Assembly: GCA_902767245.1 (NCBI GenBank)
Contig: CACXGO010000037.1
Location: 1 to 61,224, forward strand
Length of the DNA stretch: 61,224 nucleotides
Direction: 5' to 3'
DNA from: an uncultured Erysipelotrichaceae bacterium
Lineage (GTDB): Bacteria; Bacillota_I; Bacilli_A; RF39; UBA660
Position numbers and translations under genes: made by a program. Below, piece by piece: positions 27,424 to 36,350 of this stretch (positions within the stretch are counted from its first letter, which is position 1; every line of letters begins with the position of its first letter). Below the pieces are notes generated by a model. The model worked only from the letters and a program-made list of their open reading frames with translations. It ran no database searches and was not told the DNA's origin.

Positions 27424-30400
27424 TTGTACAGTTACATATCTTTTAATTACATTTTCATAATCTTTATATCTAATTGTATATTCAATTACATATTTAGATG
27501 CAGTACTTGTATCTATTGTAGACACAATTGTAGAAGTACCAGCAATTTTTATTTCAGTTGTAATAGTAGCTAGCGAGTTAACTGTTAGTAAATTTTCTTG
27601 GACTGTAACTGGTGGATTAGGATCCGCATAGGTTTCACCAATAGCAATTTCAACATTAGCTTCTCCATTTAGATATGAAGTAATAATGTTATTTGTATTT
27701 TCAATCGTTACAGTTACTTCAGCGCCTGAACTTGCATTTTGATTGAAAATATCATATTCACTTTTTACAACATATGTTATATTCGAATAATTATAAGGAA
27801 CAGAATATGAATACGAAGTACCATATGTATATCCAACTCCTTCAAGAGAACCATCACTATGTTTACGATATATACGATATCCAACATTACCCAAAACAGT
27901 TTTATCCGCTGCAATTCGGCCGCTAATAAATTTTTCAAAGAAATCTTTATTTGTAAACAATGGTTGAAAACTAGTTCTTAAAAATGTTTCATTTAATGGA
28001 TCTGGAGTTTCAATAGGTGACCAAGCTAATGTAACTTTTCCATTTTCGTATGTACCAGTGAGGTTTTTAACATTATTTAATCTACTAAATCTTGTTGAAA
28101 CCTCAGTTGGTTGAGTTCCATTTATAAATAATTCTGTTGTTATATAACTAGATGGAGTATATTCACTAGGAAGTTTTGCAGGGTATGAATCTTTTTCAAC
28201 CTGAACGCTTATAACATTACTTGGTCTTCCCATCATATTATTTCCTGTAAATAATTTTTTACCAACAGCAATAAATAATTCTCTGTGACTTGTATTACCA
28301 CGTTTTGAATAATATTTATTACTTATTTGATGATAGCCGTACCAAACAGTTAATGTGTAGTTTTTATTAAATCCTGCATACCATAAGTCCTTTACAGCGT
28401 TAGATGATAATCCATTCGCTTTTAAAGTTGATGGTGCATAAGTTGTTGTTCCAGTTTTAGAAGCAACAGTTGCACCGTTAATACGACTTCCATATGCTTT
28501 TTGAGCAGCAGTGATTAACATGTTTGTTAACATATATGCAGTTGATGCCTTCATTGCTTTTTCTTTTGGAGTAACAACTTTAAATTCTTCATTATTTTCA
28601 ATAAAAATTATTTTTCTTACACTATGTGGTTCAATGTAATAACCACCATTTGCAATTGCTTGATAAGCTCCTGCTAATGATAGTGGACTTTCACCATTGT
28701 AACCACCTAATGAATGAGCTTCGTGTAAATCTTTTTCTGGATGCAAATGAAGATTAGTTACAAACTCTTTAATGTTTTCGCGACTTACAGATTGAAAAGT
28801 TTTAAGAGCAGGAACATTTCTAGAATCTCTTATTGCATTTCTTGTTGTTATTAAACCAACATTTTTATAGTCATAATTATAAAGAGTAGCTCCACCAGTA
28901 TATTTATAAGGTTCATCTGCAATTAAATTATAAGTTGAAATGTTGTTATATTCTAATGCTGGTCCGTAATCAAATAATGGTTTTGAAGTAGAACCTATCT
29001 GATTATTTATATCAGTTGCAGTATTGTAACCTAAAGCTACAGTTTTTCGACCTCCAGCAATTCCAATAATTTCAGCTGTCCCTGTTTGCAAAATGGCAAT
29101 TCCGGCATCTACTTCAGGGTTCTGCCATTTAAAAATATTGTCAGTATACATAAGTTCATCTAAAAACTTTTGTTTAGCAGCATCCATTGTTGAATAGATA
29201 TGCATTGCTGTATAATATGGATTTTTTCCAGTCCTTTTTTCAACTTCTTTAATAACAGTGTTAATAAATGCTAAATATTGTTTACTATCAGTTTTTTGCT
29301 TATTTTTTAAAAGAGTAGGAACTGTTAATTTGGAAGCAATTTCACGTTCTTCTTTGGTAATATATCCGTGTAATTCCATTAAGTATAAAACATCTTGACG
29401 ACGAGTTTCAGCTTTATCTGGATTAACTAGAGGATCATATAAATCAGGAGCTTGATAAAGACCGGCGATTAATGCGGCTTCAGCTAAGTTTATATCCTTA
29501 GCACTTTTACCAAAATAAGTTTGACATGCTTGTTCAACTCCATATGAACTACCACCCAAATAAAATGAGTTAGCATATATTTCAATTATTTCTTTTTTTG
29601 TATAATTTCTTTCCAATTTAAATACCGAAAGATATATATCTTGAAACTTTCTTAGAATTCCTTCAAAGCCTGATGCTTCAGTTGATGTAAATCGATTTTT
29701 ACTAATTTGCATAGTTAATGTAGAAGCACCACCAGAATTACGCCCTAGTGCTTGACCAACACTGGCTTTAGTAAAACGTAAGACATCAAATCCATTATGT
29801 TGGAAAAATCTTGAATCTTCAGTAGCAATAATAGCATTTACTAAAACTTCTGGTAGCTGTTCATAATTAATAATTTCACGTTTTTCAAAAGCTAACTCAG
29901 CAATTACATTATTATCACGATCATATATTATACTTGATTGTTGATTATATAATTTAGATACATCATATTTTGGATTAGCAGTTTTGACAACCATATAAAA
30001 GAAAATGCTAAGACCTATAAATGCTAAGATACCAAGAGTGAAAATTATAAGCAAGAAAATTTTTAATTTTTTATGCTTAATTGTTTTTTCTTTTTTAGGT
30101 TTTTCTTCTGTTTCACTTTTTTCTTTTTTTGGTTTTTTCTTAATAAATTTAGAAACGAAGTGAAAGATTACTCCAATACCTAAAACAGCACCTAAAATCA
30201 ATAAAGTTTTTTTCTTACCAATTACTAGTGAACCAACAATTAAAATAGCAACGATTAAAATAATAAATGCAAGAATAGTTATAATAGCTTTATTGTTGAG
30301 CTTTATTTTTCTTTCATTATTTTTTTTGCTACTAGTACTTTTTTCTTCTTCTTTTGATAAATTTTTATTAATTTTTACCGTTTCTTCTTTTTTCTTAGGT

Positions 30401-30429
30401 TGCACCGTTCTTTTAACTCTTTTTTTCAT
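27421..30429 (-). CDS. ponA: Class A penicillin-binding protein (PBP1A type: GT51 transglycosylase + transpeptidase) with extended N- and C-termini
   Basis: ATEDSRFFQHNGFD, GGASTLTMQ, RKxQD/EIYANS (GT51); IGSTSKP (SxxK), SRN, KTGTT (transpeptidase). C-terminal FN3-like and Ig-like modules. Conserved ponA-recU pairing. Confidence 0.92.
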   Translation of the reverse strand: MKKRVKRTVQPKKKEETVKINKNLSKEEEKSTSSKKNNERKIKLNNKAIITILAFIILIVAILIVGSLVIGKKKTLLILGAVLGIGVIFHFVSKFIKKKPKKEKSETEEKPKKEKTIKHKKLKIFLLIIFTLGILAFIGLSIFFYMVVKTANPKYDVSKLYNQQSSIIYDRDNNVIAELAFEKREIINYEQLPEVLVNAIIATEDSRFFQHNGFDVLRFTKASVGQALGRNSGGASTLTMQISKNRFTSTEASGFEGILRKFQDIYLSVFKLERNYTKKEIIEIYANSFYLGGSSYGVEQACQTYFGKSAKDINLAEAALIAGLYQAPDLYDPLVNPDKAETRRQDVLYLMELHGYITKEEREIASKLTVPTLLKNKQKTDSKQYLAFINTVIKEVEKRTGKNPYYTAMHIYSTMDAAKQKFLDELMYTDNIFKWQNPEVDAGIAILQTGTAEIIGIAGGRKTVALGYNTATDINNQIGSTSKPLFDYGPALEYNNISTYNLIADEPYKYTGGATLYNYDYKNVGLITTRNAIRDSRNVPALKTFQSVSRENIKEFVTNLHLHPEKDLHEAHSLGGYNGESPLSLAGAYQAIANGGYYIEPHSVRKIIFIENNEEFKVVTPKEKAMKASTAYMLTNMLITAAQKAYGSRINGATVASKTGTTTYAPSTLKANGLSSNAVKDLWYAGFNKNYTLTVWYGYHQISNKYYSKRGNTSHRELFIAVGKKLFTGNNMMGRPSNVISVQVEKDSYPAKLPSEYTPSSYITTELFINGTQPTEVSTRFSRLNNVKNLTGTYENGKVTLAWSPIETPDPLNETFLRTSFQPLFTNKDFFEKFISGRIAADKTVLGNVGYRIYRKHSDGSLEGVGYTYGTSYSYSVPYNYSNITYVVKSEYDIFNQNASSGAEVTVTIENTNNIITSYLNGEANVEIAIGETYADPNPPVTVQENLLTVNSLATITTEIKIAGTSTIVSTIDTSTASKYVIEYTIRYKDYENVIKRYVTVQ

Positions 30430-30998
30430 AATTTATTCTCCTTTAAATAAATATCATCAATAATGCTAATATAATCAACACGAGGATTATACTTTTCCTT
30501 GATTAAATGTCCATTTGTGATAAAAAAATCATGTGGAATAAAACTTTTTTTAAAATTATTTAAGTAATATATCAAATCTTTAATATCTAAAAAATAAGTT
30601 TCATTTAATGATGTAAATCGAACTATTAAAAAAGCAATAGCACCATGTTCATAGACTTTTCTTAAATGCTCAATTTGATGTGCATGTATATTTATGAGTG
30701 GAAATTTAATAAGTTTTGTTTCCTTGGCCTCAAAGTCAATATACTTTCCTTTATAAATGCCATTATAATCAGTGGTTGAAGGAACTCTAAAATAAGCTTC
30801 TTTAATTACTTTTTCATGATTAGAATTAAATTCAACTTTTGAAATTGTAATTGGGGTTGGCTTTTTATATATAATAGCACGATTTTCTTCACGATAAAAT
30901 TCATTTGTAGAATTTAAATCATCTTCTAAAGTCATACCTCGATTTTTGTAATTTATAACTGGTTTATAGATAGCATTTGCTTTTCCAGGGTATTTCAT
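30426..30998 (-). CDS. recU: Holliday junction resolvase RecU
   Basis: NRGMTLEDDLNSTNEFY, DYNGIYKGKYIDFEAKET, AHQIEHL. Overlaps the ponA start by 4 nt. Confidence 0.9.
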   Translation of the reverse strand: MKYPGKANAIYKPVINYKNRGMTLEDDLNSTNEFYREENRAIIYKKPTPITISKVEFNSNHEKVIKEAYFRVPSTTDYNGIYKGKYIDFEAKETKLIKFPLINIHAHQIEHLRKVYEHGAIAFLIVRFTSLNETYFLDIKDLIYYLNNFKKSFIPHDFFITNGHLIKEKYNPRVDYISIIDDIYLKENKL

Positions 30999-31223
30999 AA
31001 ATTCACCTATATAATTATACTATATATATGTCAAAAATTCTACATGATTTTTGTAACTTATTAGCTATTTTTGTCGAAATTAATGCAAATCTAATTTTAA
31101 AGTGCTATATTTCATGTGGTGATGATATGAAACAAAAGAAGAAAAATTCAGATGTATTTAATGATATGATTGATAATATAAAATATGCAAAGCGGTTAAT
31201 GTATATTAATTATTATTCAACTT

Positions 31224-31252
31224 TTGACAAAAAGAAATAATTATTATATAAT
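31224..31252 (+). promoter_or_regulatory. Consensus sigma-A promoter upstream of gpsB
   Basis: TTGACA (31224-31229), 17 nt, TATAAT (31247-31252). Confidence 0.6.
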
Positions 31253-31323
31253 ATTCAAGCTTAAATTAATTGACAAAACCACTTTTTTTTGAGAAAATTG
31301 ATTTATAATAGAGGTGGTTTGAA

Positions 31324-31653
31324 TTGATTAACGGAGAAATAGAATTAACAAGTCAAGATATTTTAAGTAAAGATTTTAAAATTGATACAAGAGGTTATCG
31401 CCCTCAAGAAGTTGACAAGTTTTTAGATGTTATTATTCGCGATTATGACACATTTAATCGTCTTTTAAAGAATATGTCTATTGAAAAACAAGAACTAGTT
31501 GAAGAAAACATAAACTTAAAACAAGAAATTAGAAGTTTGAAAGCAAAAGTTGAAGTTTTAAGTAGTAATACTGATAATGGAACTAGTACTGCTGATGTTT
31601 TGAGAAGATTGTCAAATCTTGAAAAAATAGTTTACGATAACGAAAAAGAATAA
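31324..31653 (+). CDS. gpsB: Cell-cycle protein GpsB (DivIVA-domain)
   Basis: LTSQDILSKDFKIDTRGYRPQEVDKFLDVIIRDYDTF plus coiled coil. TTG start 6 nt after GAGGTGG. Confidence 0.88.
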   Translation: MINGEIELTSQDILSKDFKIDTRGYRPQEVDKFLDVIIRDYDTFNRLLKNMSIEKQELVEENINLKQEIRSLKAKVEVLSSNTDNGTSTADVLRRLSNLEKIVYDNEKE

Positions 31654-31987
31654 TACAAGGCAAACGCTGCATTTTATGTAGAGGAAAGTCCATGCTCGCA
31701 CCATCTGTGATGATGGTAGTGTTCGTGCATAGGGAAAAAATAACCTATGGTAGTTTTTAACTAACGGCATCGAATTAACCGTTTAGGTTATATTAGATAT
31801 AAAAGTGCTATAGTGACGATTTGATTTAGAAATAAATCAGGTGAGACGACGTAAACCCCACGAGCGAGAAACCCAAATTATGGTAGGGGAGCTAAAAAGA
31901 AGGAATAAAACTTCAATTTGGATCGAAAGATAGATAAATGTTTGCCAGCCTTCAACGGCTACAGGACATGGCTTATTAGTATTATTA
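31649..31987 (+). ncRNA. rnpB: RNase P RNA (bacterial type B)
   Basis: GAGGAAAGTCCATGCTCGCAC (P4 5' strand), GTAAACCCCACGAGCGAGAAACCCAAAT...GGTAGGGGA, ACAGGACATGGCTTA (P4 3' strand). P1 AATAATAC (31649-31656) / GTATTATT (31979-31986). P2 GGCAAAC (31659-31665) / GTTTGCC (31940-31946). Ends are approximate. Confidence 0.92.
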
Positions 31988-32009
31988 TTTTTTAAGGAGG
32001 TTCTTTTGC

Positions 32010-32426
32010 TTGAAAGATATTGGGGCAAAATTAAAGGAAGCTCGTGAAAGTATAGATATTTCGGTTGAGGAAGCTGCATCAGATTTGAAGGTTTCTAAAA
32101 GCCAAATTGCAAATATGGAAGCGGGTAATTTAGAAGCTTTTCAAGATATTTTTTATTTGAAATATTTTATTCGTGATTATGCAAAATATTTAGGGTTAAA
32201 TTATGATGAATTAGTTGATGAATTTAATGAGTACTTGTTTGACTATACATCAAAAATTTCTTTAACAGATATTGAGAAAGCAACAAAAAAGGAAGAAGAA
32301 AAAGAAGATAAAATAAAGTCTCCATATACAATTGATTACTATAGGAAGACTAGTCATTTAAAAATTATCTTTTTGTTTTTATTTTTAATAATTATAACAA
32401 CAGTTTTAATTTTAGTATTTAAATAG
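32010..32426 (+). CDS. rodZ: RodZ-like HTH (XRE-type) membrane protein, short form
   Basis: IGAKLKEARESIDISVEEAASDLKVSKSQIANMEAGN...YLKYFIRDYAKYLGL, with a C-terminal TM helix. TTG start 9 nt after AGGAGG. Position upstream of pgsA as in B. subtilis ymfM. Confidence 0.75.
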   Translation: MKDIGAKLKEARESIDISVEEAASDLKVSKSQIANMEAGNLEAFQDIFYLKYFIRDYAKYLGLNYDELVDEFNEYLFDYTSKISLTDIEKATKKEEEKEDKIKSPYTIDYYRKTSHLKIIFLFLFLIIITTVLILVFK

Positions 32427-32435
32427 GAGGCTTTT

Positions 32436-33035
32436 ATGAATTTACCTAATAAATTGACAATGTCAAGAATTATAATAACAATTCTCATAATTATTTTATT
32501 ACTCTTACCTTTTGATACATTTGGGATAACTTTTCCTCAATTATTTATAAATGAATTATTAAAAGTTGACTCAAAGTATATGATTGCTGGAGTTCTATTT
32601 GTTGCTGCATCACTAACAGATTTGTTTGATGGCAAAATAGCAAGAAAGAAAAATTTAGTGACTGATTTTGGAAAGATGCTTGATGCTATTGCTGATAAAG
32701 TTTTAGTTAATTCCGTATTAATAATTTTAGCGGCTCAAGGATTTATAAGTGCAATTATTCCAGTAGTTATTATTTTTAGAGATACAATAGTGGATTCGAT
32801 TAAAATGATTGCTGGCAATAAGGGAAAGGTTGTTGCTGCAAGTAAATTAGGTAAAATCAAATCTGCTTGTATGATGACAGGAGTTTCTTTGACACTATTT
32901 AACAATTTGCCATTTGAATTATGGAATTTATATGTATCTGATTTATTAATTATAATTGCGTGTATTTTATCAATTATTTCCGGAATACAATACTATAATG
33001 ATAATAAAGAGTATTTATTAAAATCAGGAAAGTAA
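32436..33035 (+). CDS. pgsA: CDP-diacylglycerol--glycerol-3-phosphate 3-phosphatidyltransferase
   Basis: NLPNKLTMSRI, DLFDGKIARKKNLVTDFGKMLDAIADK (CDP-alcohol phosphatidyltransferase motif). Confidence 0.92.
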   Translation: MNLPNKLTMSRIIITILIIILLLLPFDTFGITFPQLFINELLKVDSKYMIAGVLFVAASLTDLFDGKIARKKNLVTDFGKMLDAIADKVLVNSVLIILAAQGFISAIIPVVIIFRDTIVDSIKMIAGNKGKVVAASKLGKIKSACMMTGVSLTLFNNLPFELWNLYVSDLLIIIACILSIISGIQYYNDNKEYLLKSGK

Positions 33036-33037
33036 GA

Positions 33038-33066
33038 AAAGATATTTCAATAAATATCTTTTTTTA
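33038..33066 (+). terminator. Rho-independent terminator after pgsA
   Basis: AAAGATATTT (33038-33047) / AAATATCTTT (33052-33061), then TTTT. Confidence 0.7.
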
Positions 33067-33117
33067 TGGAAAATTTAAAGAAAATTGCAACTTCTTTTGA
33101 ACAAAAATCTAAAAATA

Positions 33118-33131
33118 AAAACAAATGTTCG
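33118..33131 (+). promoter_or_regulatory. Weak candidate LexA (Cheo) box upstream of recA
   Basis: AAAACAAATGTTCG versus consensus CGAACnnnnGTTCG. The right half is perfect and the left half has 2 mismatches. It lies 10 nt upstream of the -35. Confidence 0.3.
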
Positions 33132-33140
33132 CCAAAAGTA

Positions 33141-33169
33141 TTGACAACCTTTTTTAAATGAAATATAAT
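33141..33169 (+). promoter_or_regulatory. Consensus sigma-A promoter of recA
   Basis: TTGACA (33141-33146), 17 nt, TATAAT (33164-33169). Confidence 0.7.
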
Positions 33170-33196
33170 TTAAATGTAACGTTAGGAGGAACATAA

Positions 33197-34216
33197 ATGG
33201 TAAAAGCAACTAATAGTGATAAAACACTAGATCAAGTTTTAGCTGATATAGAAAAACAATTTGGGAAAGGCGCTGTTATGAAACTAGGCGACCATCCTAA
33301 TCAACATATAGATGTAATTTCGAGTGGGTCAATTTCTTTGGACATTGCACTTGGAATCGGTGGTTATCCAAAAGGCAGAATAATTGAAATATATGGACCA
33401 GAATCAAGTGGAAAAACAACATTTGCTCTTCATGCAATTGCCGAAGCTCAAAAAGCTGGAGGGCGTGCGGCATTTATAGACGCTGAACACTCACTTGACC
33501 CAAATTACGCAGCTAATTTAGGGGTAAATACTGATGAACTTTTACTTTCACAACCTGATAATGGGGAACAAGCTTTAGAAATTTGCGAAGCATTAGTTAG
33601 AAGTGGGGCAATTAGCATTATAGTTATTGATTCGGTAGCTGCTTTAGTACCACAAGCTGAAATTGAAGGAGAAATGGGTGATTCTCATGTTGGCTTACAA
33701 GCAAGATTAATGAGCCAAGCTTTGCGTAAATTATCTGGAGTTATTAGTAAGACTAATACTATTGCAATTTTTATAAATCAATTGCGTGAAAAAGTTGGGA
33801 TAATGTTTGGAAATCCTGAGACTACTCCTGGAGGGCGTGCTTTAAAATTTTATTCATCTGTTCGCTTAGAGATTAGAAAAGGTGAGCAAATTAAAAATGG
33901 TGAAAATGTAGTAGGTAATAAAACAAATATTAAAGTTGTAAAAAATAAAATGGCACCACCATTTAAAAATTGTACTGTTGATATTACTTATGGTCATGGA
34001 GTATCAAAAGAAGGCGAAATTGTTGATTTGGCAAGTGAAGCAAATATTGTTGAAAAAACAGGAGCATGGTATTCATATAAAGGTGAAAAATTGGGTCAAG
34101 GTAAAGAAAATGTTAAAGAATTGCTTTTGAAAAATTTGGAATTAAGTCAAGAAATAGAAGCAAAAGTAAGAGATTATTATGGCATTTCTAATCACATCCA
34201 AGAAAAGCAAAAATAG
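33197..34216 (+). CDS. recA: Recombinase RecA
   Basis: [47 protein letters not shown]. Confidence 0.98.
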   Translation: MVKATNSDKTLDQVLADIEKQFGKGAVMKLGDHPNQHIDVISSGSISLDIALGIGGYPKGRIIEIYGPESSGKTTFALHAIAEAQKAGGRAAFIDAEHSLDPNYAANLGVNTDELLLSQPDNGEQALEICEALVRSGAISIIVIDSVAALVPQAEIEGEMGDSHVGLQARLMSQALRKLSGVISKTNTIAIFINQLREKVGIMFGNPETTPGGRALKFYSSVRLEIRKGEQIKNGENVVGNKTNIKVVKNKMAPPFKNCTVDITYGHGVSKEGEIVDLASEANIVEKTGAWYSYKGEKLGQGKENVKELLLKNLELSQEIEAKVRDYYGISNHIQEKQK

Positions 34217-34223
34217 AATTGTA

Positions 34224-34248
34224 GCAGAATTTATAATTCTGCTTTTTT
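34224..34248 (+). terminator. Rho-independent terminator after recA
   Basis: GCAGAATT (34224-34231) / AATTCTGC (34235-34242), then T6. Confidence 0.75.
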
Positions 34249-34249
34249 C

Positions 34250-34278
34250 TTGACTTATGTTGAATTAACATTTACAAT
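34250..34278 (+). promoter_or_regulatory. Sigma-A promoter of rny
   Basis: TTGACT (34250-34255), 17 nt, TACAAT (34273-34278). Confidence 0.6.
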
Positions 34279-34350
34279 AATAGTAGTGTGGTAGATTTCA
34301 CACAAAAAAGATATAACATAAATTTTAAAAGTGATTTGGAGGGATAATTT

Positions 34351-35901
34351 ATGGAATGGTCTTCCTTATTACTTGGACTCTTAATTGGTCTTATAATCGG
34401 TGTATCAGTTATCATAATTTTTAATTATATAAAAAATTCTAATGAAACAAAAAAAGCCGAAAATGTTTTGGATAAAGCTCAAAAAGAAGCAGAAAAGATA
34501 AAAAAAGATTATCTATTTGAAGCAAAAGAAGAAGCTCATAAATTGAAAATTGAAACAGATGAATATGTAAAAGAAAGAAAAAATGAAATTAAAGAAAACG
34601 AAGATCGTTTGCTTGCTCGTGAAAACAATATTGATAGACGTGATCAAACGATTCAAAATCGTGAAAATCAATTAGAGCAAAAAGAGCAAAATTTAATCGA
34701 AAAGCAAAATGAGATACAATCAGAACAAGTAAAAATTGAAGAAATTAAAAAAGAACAGTTAGATTTATTAGAAAAAATATCAGGTTTTTCTAAAAATCAA
34801 GCGCGTGAAATGGTAATGCAAAAATATGAAGAGATGATGAATCTTGAAATTGTTAATTACATTCACGAAAGGGAAACAGAAGCTCAATTAGAAGCTGACA
34901 AAAAATCAAAAGAATTACTAGTTGAGGCAATGCAAAAATATTCGAGTGAGGTTGCAAATGAACAAACTATTACAGTTGTAACTTTACCTAATGATGAAAT
35001 GAAGGGTCGTATTATTGGTCGTGAAGGCCGAAATATCAGAACATTAGAGTCAGTTACAGGAGTTGATTTAATAATTGATGATACTCCAGAAGCTATTGTT
35101 CTTTCATCGTTTGATCCATATCGTCGTGAAATTGCAAGAATTACAATTGAAAATTTAATAAAAGATGGTAGAATTCATCCAACACGTATTGAAGAATTAT
35201 ATGATAAAACAGTTAAAGACATGAAAGTAAAAGTACGCGATATTGGTGAAACAGCACTATTTGAACTTGGAATAACGAGAGTAGATCCTGAATTAGTAGA
35301 AATATTAGGACGCTTACAATTCAGAACAAGCTATGGTCAGAATGCTTTACAGCATTCAATAGAAGTCGCTAATTTATCTGGTTTAATAGCTGGAGAATTA
35401 GGTGAAAATGTAATGATTGCTAAAAGAGCAGGATTATTTCACGATATAGGGAAAGCTGTAGATCATGAAATTGAAGGGTCTCATGTTGAGATAGGTGCCG
35501 AACTTGCTAAAAAATATCGTGAAGGCAAAGAGGTTATTAATGCGATTGAATCACATCATGGCGATGTGCCAGCAACAAGTGTAATTTCATCAATTGTTGC
35601 AATTGCTGATGCCTTATCAGCATCACGTCCAGGAGCAAGAAATGACTCTTTAGAAAACTATGTAAAACGTCTTGAAGATTTAGAAAATATAGCTTCAGAT
35701 ATTAAAGGCATAGATAAAACATATGCTGTTCAAGCTGGTCGCGAAATACGTGTAATTGTTAAACCAGAAGAAATTGATGATATTGGTAGTTTTAAAGTGG
35801 CACGTGAAATAAAGGAAAAAATTGAAAATGAATTACAATATCCAGGAACAATTAAAGTTACTGTAATTCGTGAAACAAGAGCAACAGAAGAAGCAAAATA
35901 G
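34351..35901 (+). CDS. rny: Ribonuclease Y
   Basis: N-terminal TM helix, coiled coil, KH domain ([15 protein letters not shown]), HD domain ([12 protein letters not shown]...HH). Confidence 0.97.
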   Translation: MEWSSLLLGLLIGLIIGVSVIIIFNYIKNSNETKKAENVLDKAQKEAEKIKKDYLFEAKEEAHKLKIETDEYVKERKNEIKENEDRLLARENNIDRRDQTIQNRENQLEQKEQNLIEKQNEIQSEQVKIEEIKKEQLDLLEKISGFSKNQAREMVMQKYEEMMNLEIVNYIHERETEAQLEADKKSKELLVEAMQKYSSEVANEQTITVVTLPNDEMKGRIIGREGRNIRTLESVTGVDLIIDDTPEAIVLSSFDPYRREIARITIENLIKDGRIHPTRIEELYDKTVKDMKVKVRDIGETALFELGITRVDPELVEILGRLQFRTSYGQNALQHSIEVANLSGLIAGELGENVMIAKRAGLFHDIGKAVDHEIEGSHVEIGAELAKKYREGKEVINAIESHHGDVPATSVISSIVAIADALSASRPGARNDSLENYVKRLEDLENIASDIKGIDKTYAVQAGREIRVIVKPEEIDDIGSFKVAREIKEKIENELQYPGTIKVTVIRETRATEEAK

Positions 35902-35912
35902 GAGGAATATTT

Positions 35913-36275
35913 ATGATACTTAATGCATGCCCTGAAAATATGGGGGAGTATATTGCTGCTTGTGCAGATGTATGTATTCCTAGCGATTTAGCCAAATTAA
36001 CCACTTTAGTATATAACATTATTAGAATTGTTGTTCCACTTGTTTTAATTATAATTGGAATGGTTGATATGGCTCGTGCCATGATTGCAAAAAATCAAGA
36101 TGAGGTAAAAAAAGCACAGCAATTACTTGTCAAAAAAGCAATCGCAGGCGCAATTGTATTCCTTTTACTCTCATTAATATTGTGGAGTGTTGATATCTTA
36201 AGTTCGACTAGTGAAACAGACAAAGATAAAGGAATTGTTGAGTGTATTAATGCTCTTTTCAATAATGGAGATTAA
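35913..36275 (+). CDS. Small two-TM membrane protein with VirB2/TrbC-like (pilin-like) topology; function unknown
   Basis: AGGAGG 8 nt upstream. Cys-containing N-terminus, TM1 LVYNIIRIVVPLVLIIIGMVDMARAMI, charged loop AKNQDEVKKAQQLLVKKA, TM2 IAGAIVFLLLSLILWSV. No terminator between rny and this ORF. Confidence 0.6.
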   Translation: MILNACPENMGEYIAACADVCIPSDLAKLTTLVYNIIRIVVPLVLIIIGMVDMARAMIAKNQDEVKKAQQLLVKKAIAGAIVFLLLSLILWSVDILSSTSETDKDKGIVECINALFNNGD

Positions 36276-36278
36276 TAA

Positions 36279-36304
36279 AAAAGGTGATGTCATCACCTTT
36301 TTTA
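36279..36304 (+). terminator. Rho-independent terminator
   Basis: AAAGGTGATG (36280-36289) / CATCACCTTT (36291-36300), then TTTT. Confidence 0.75.
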
Positions 36305-36350
36305 TTGAAAAAAATTAAAAATAAAGATATAATTAAAATAGGTGATAGTC

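Noticed and set aside
31028-31240. 70-aa plus-strand ORF in the recU-gpsB intergenic region, with an internal alternative MKQKKKNSDV... after GGTGA.
   Set aside because: There is no Shine-Dalgarno sequence at the annotated start and no recognisable family. The 3' end of the ORF is occupied by the consensus gpsB promoter. I kept it as possible divergent-promoter/UTR DNA and cannot exclude a 37-aa micropeptide.
31837-32079. 80-aa minus-strand ORF.
   Set aside because: It overlaps the 3' half of RNase P RNA and the start of the rodZ-like gene. The sequence conservation here is accounted for by rnpB.
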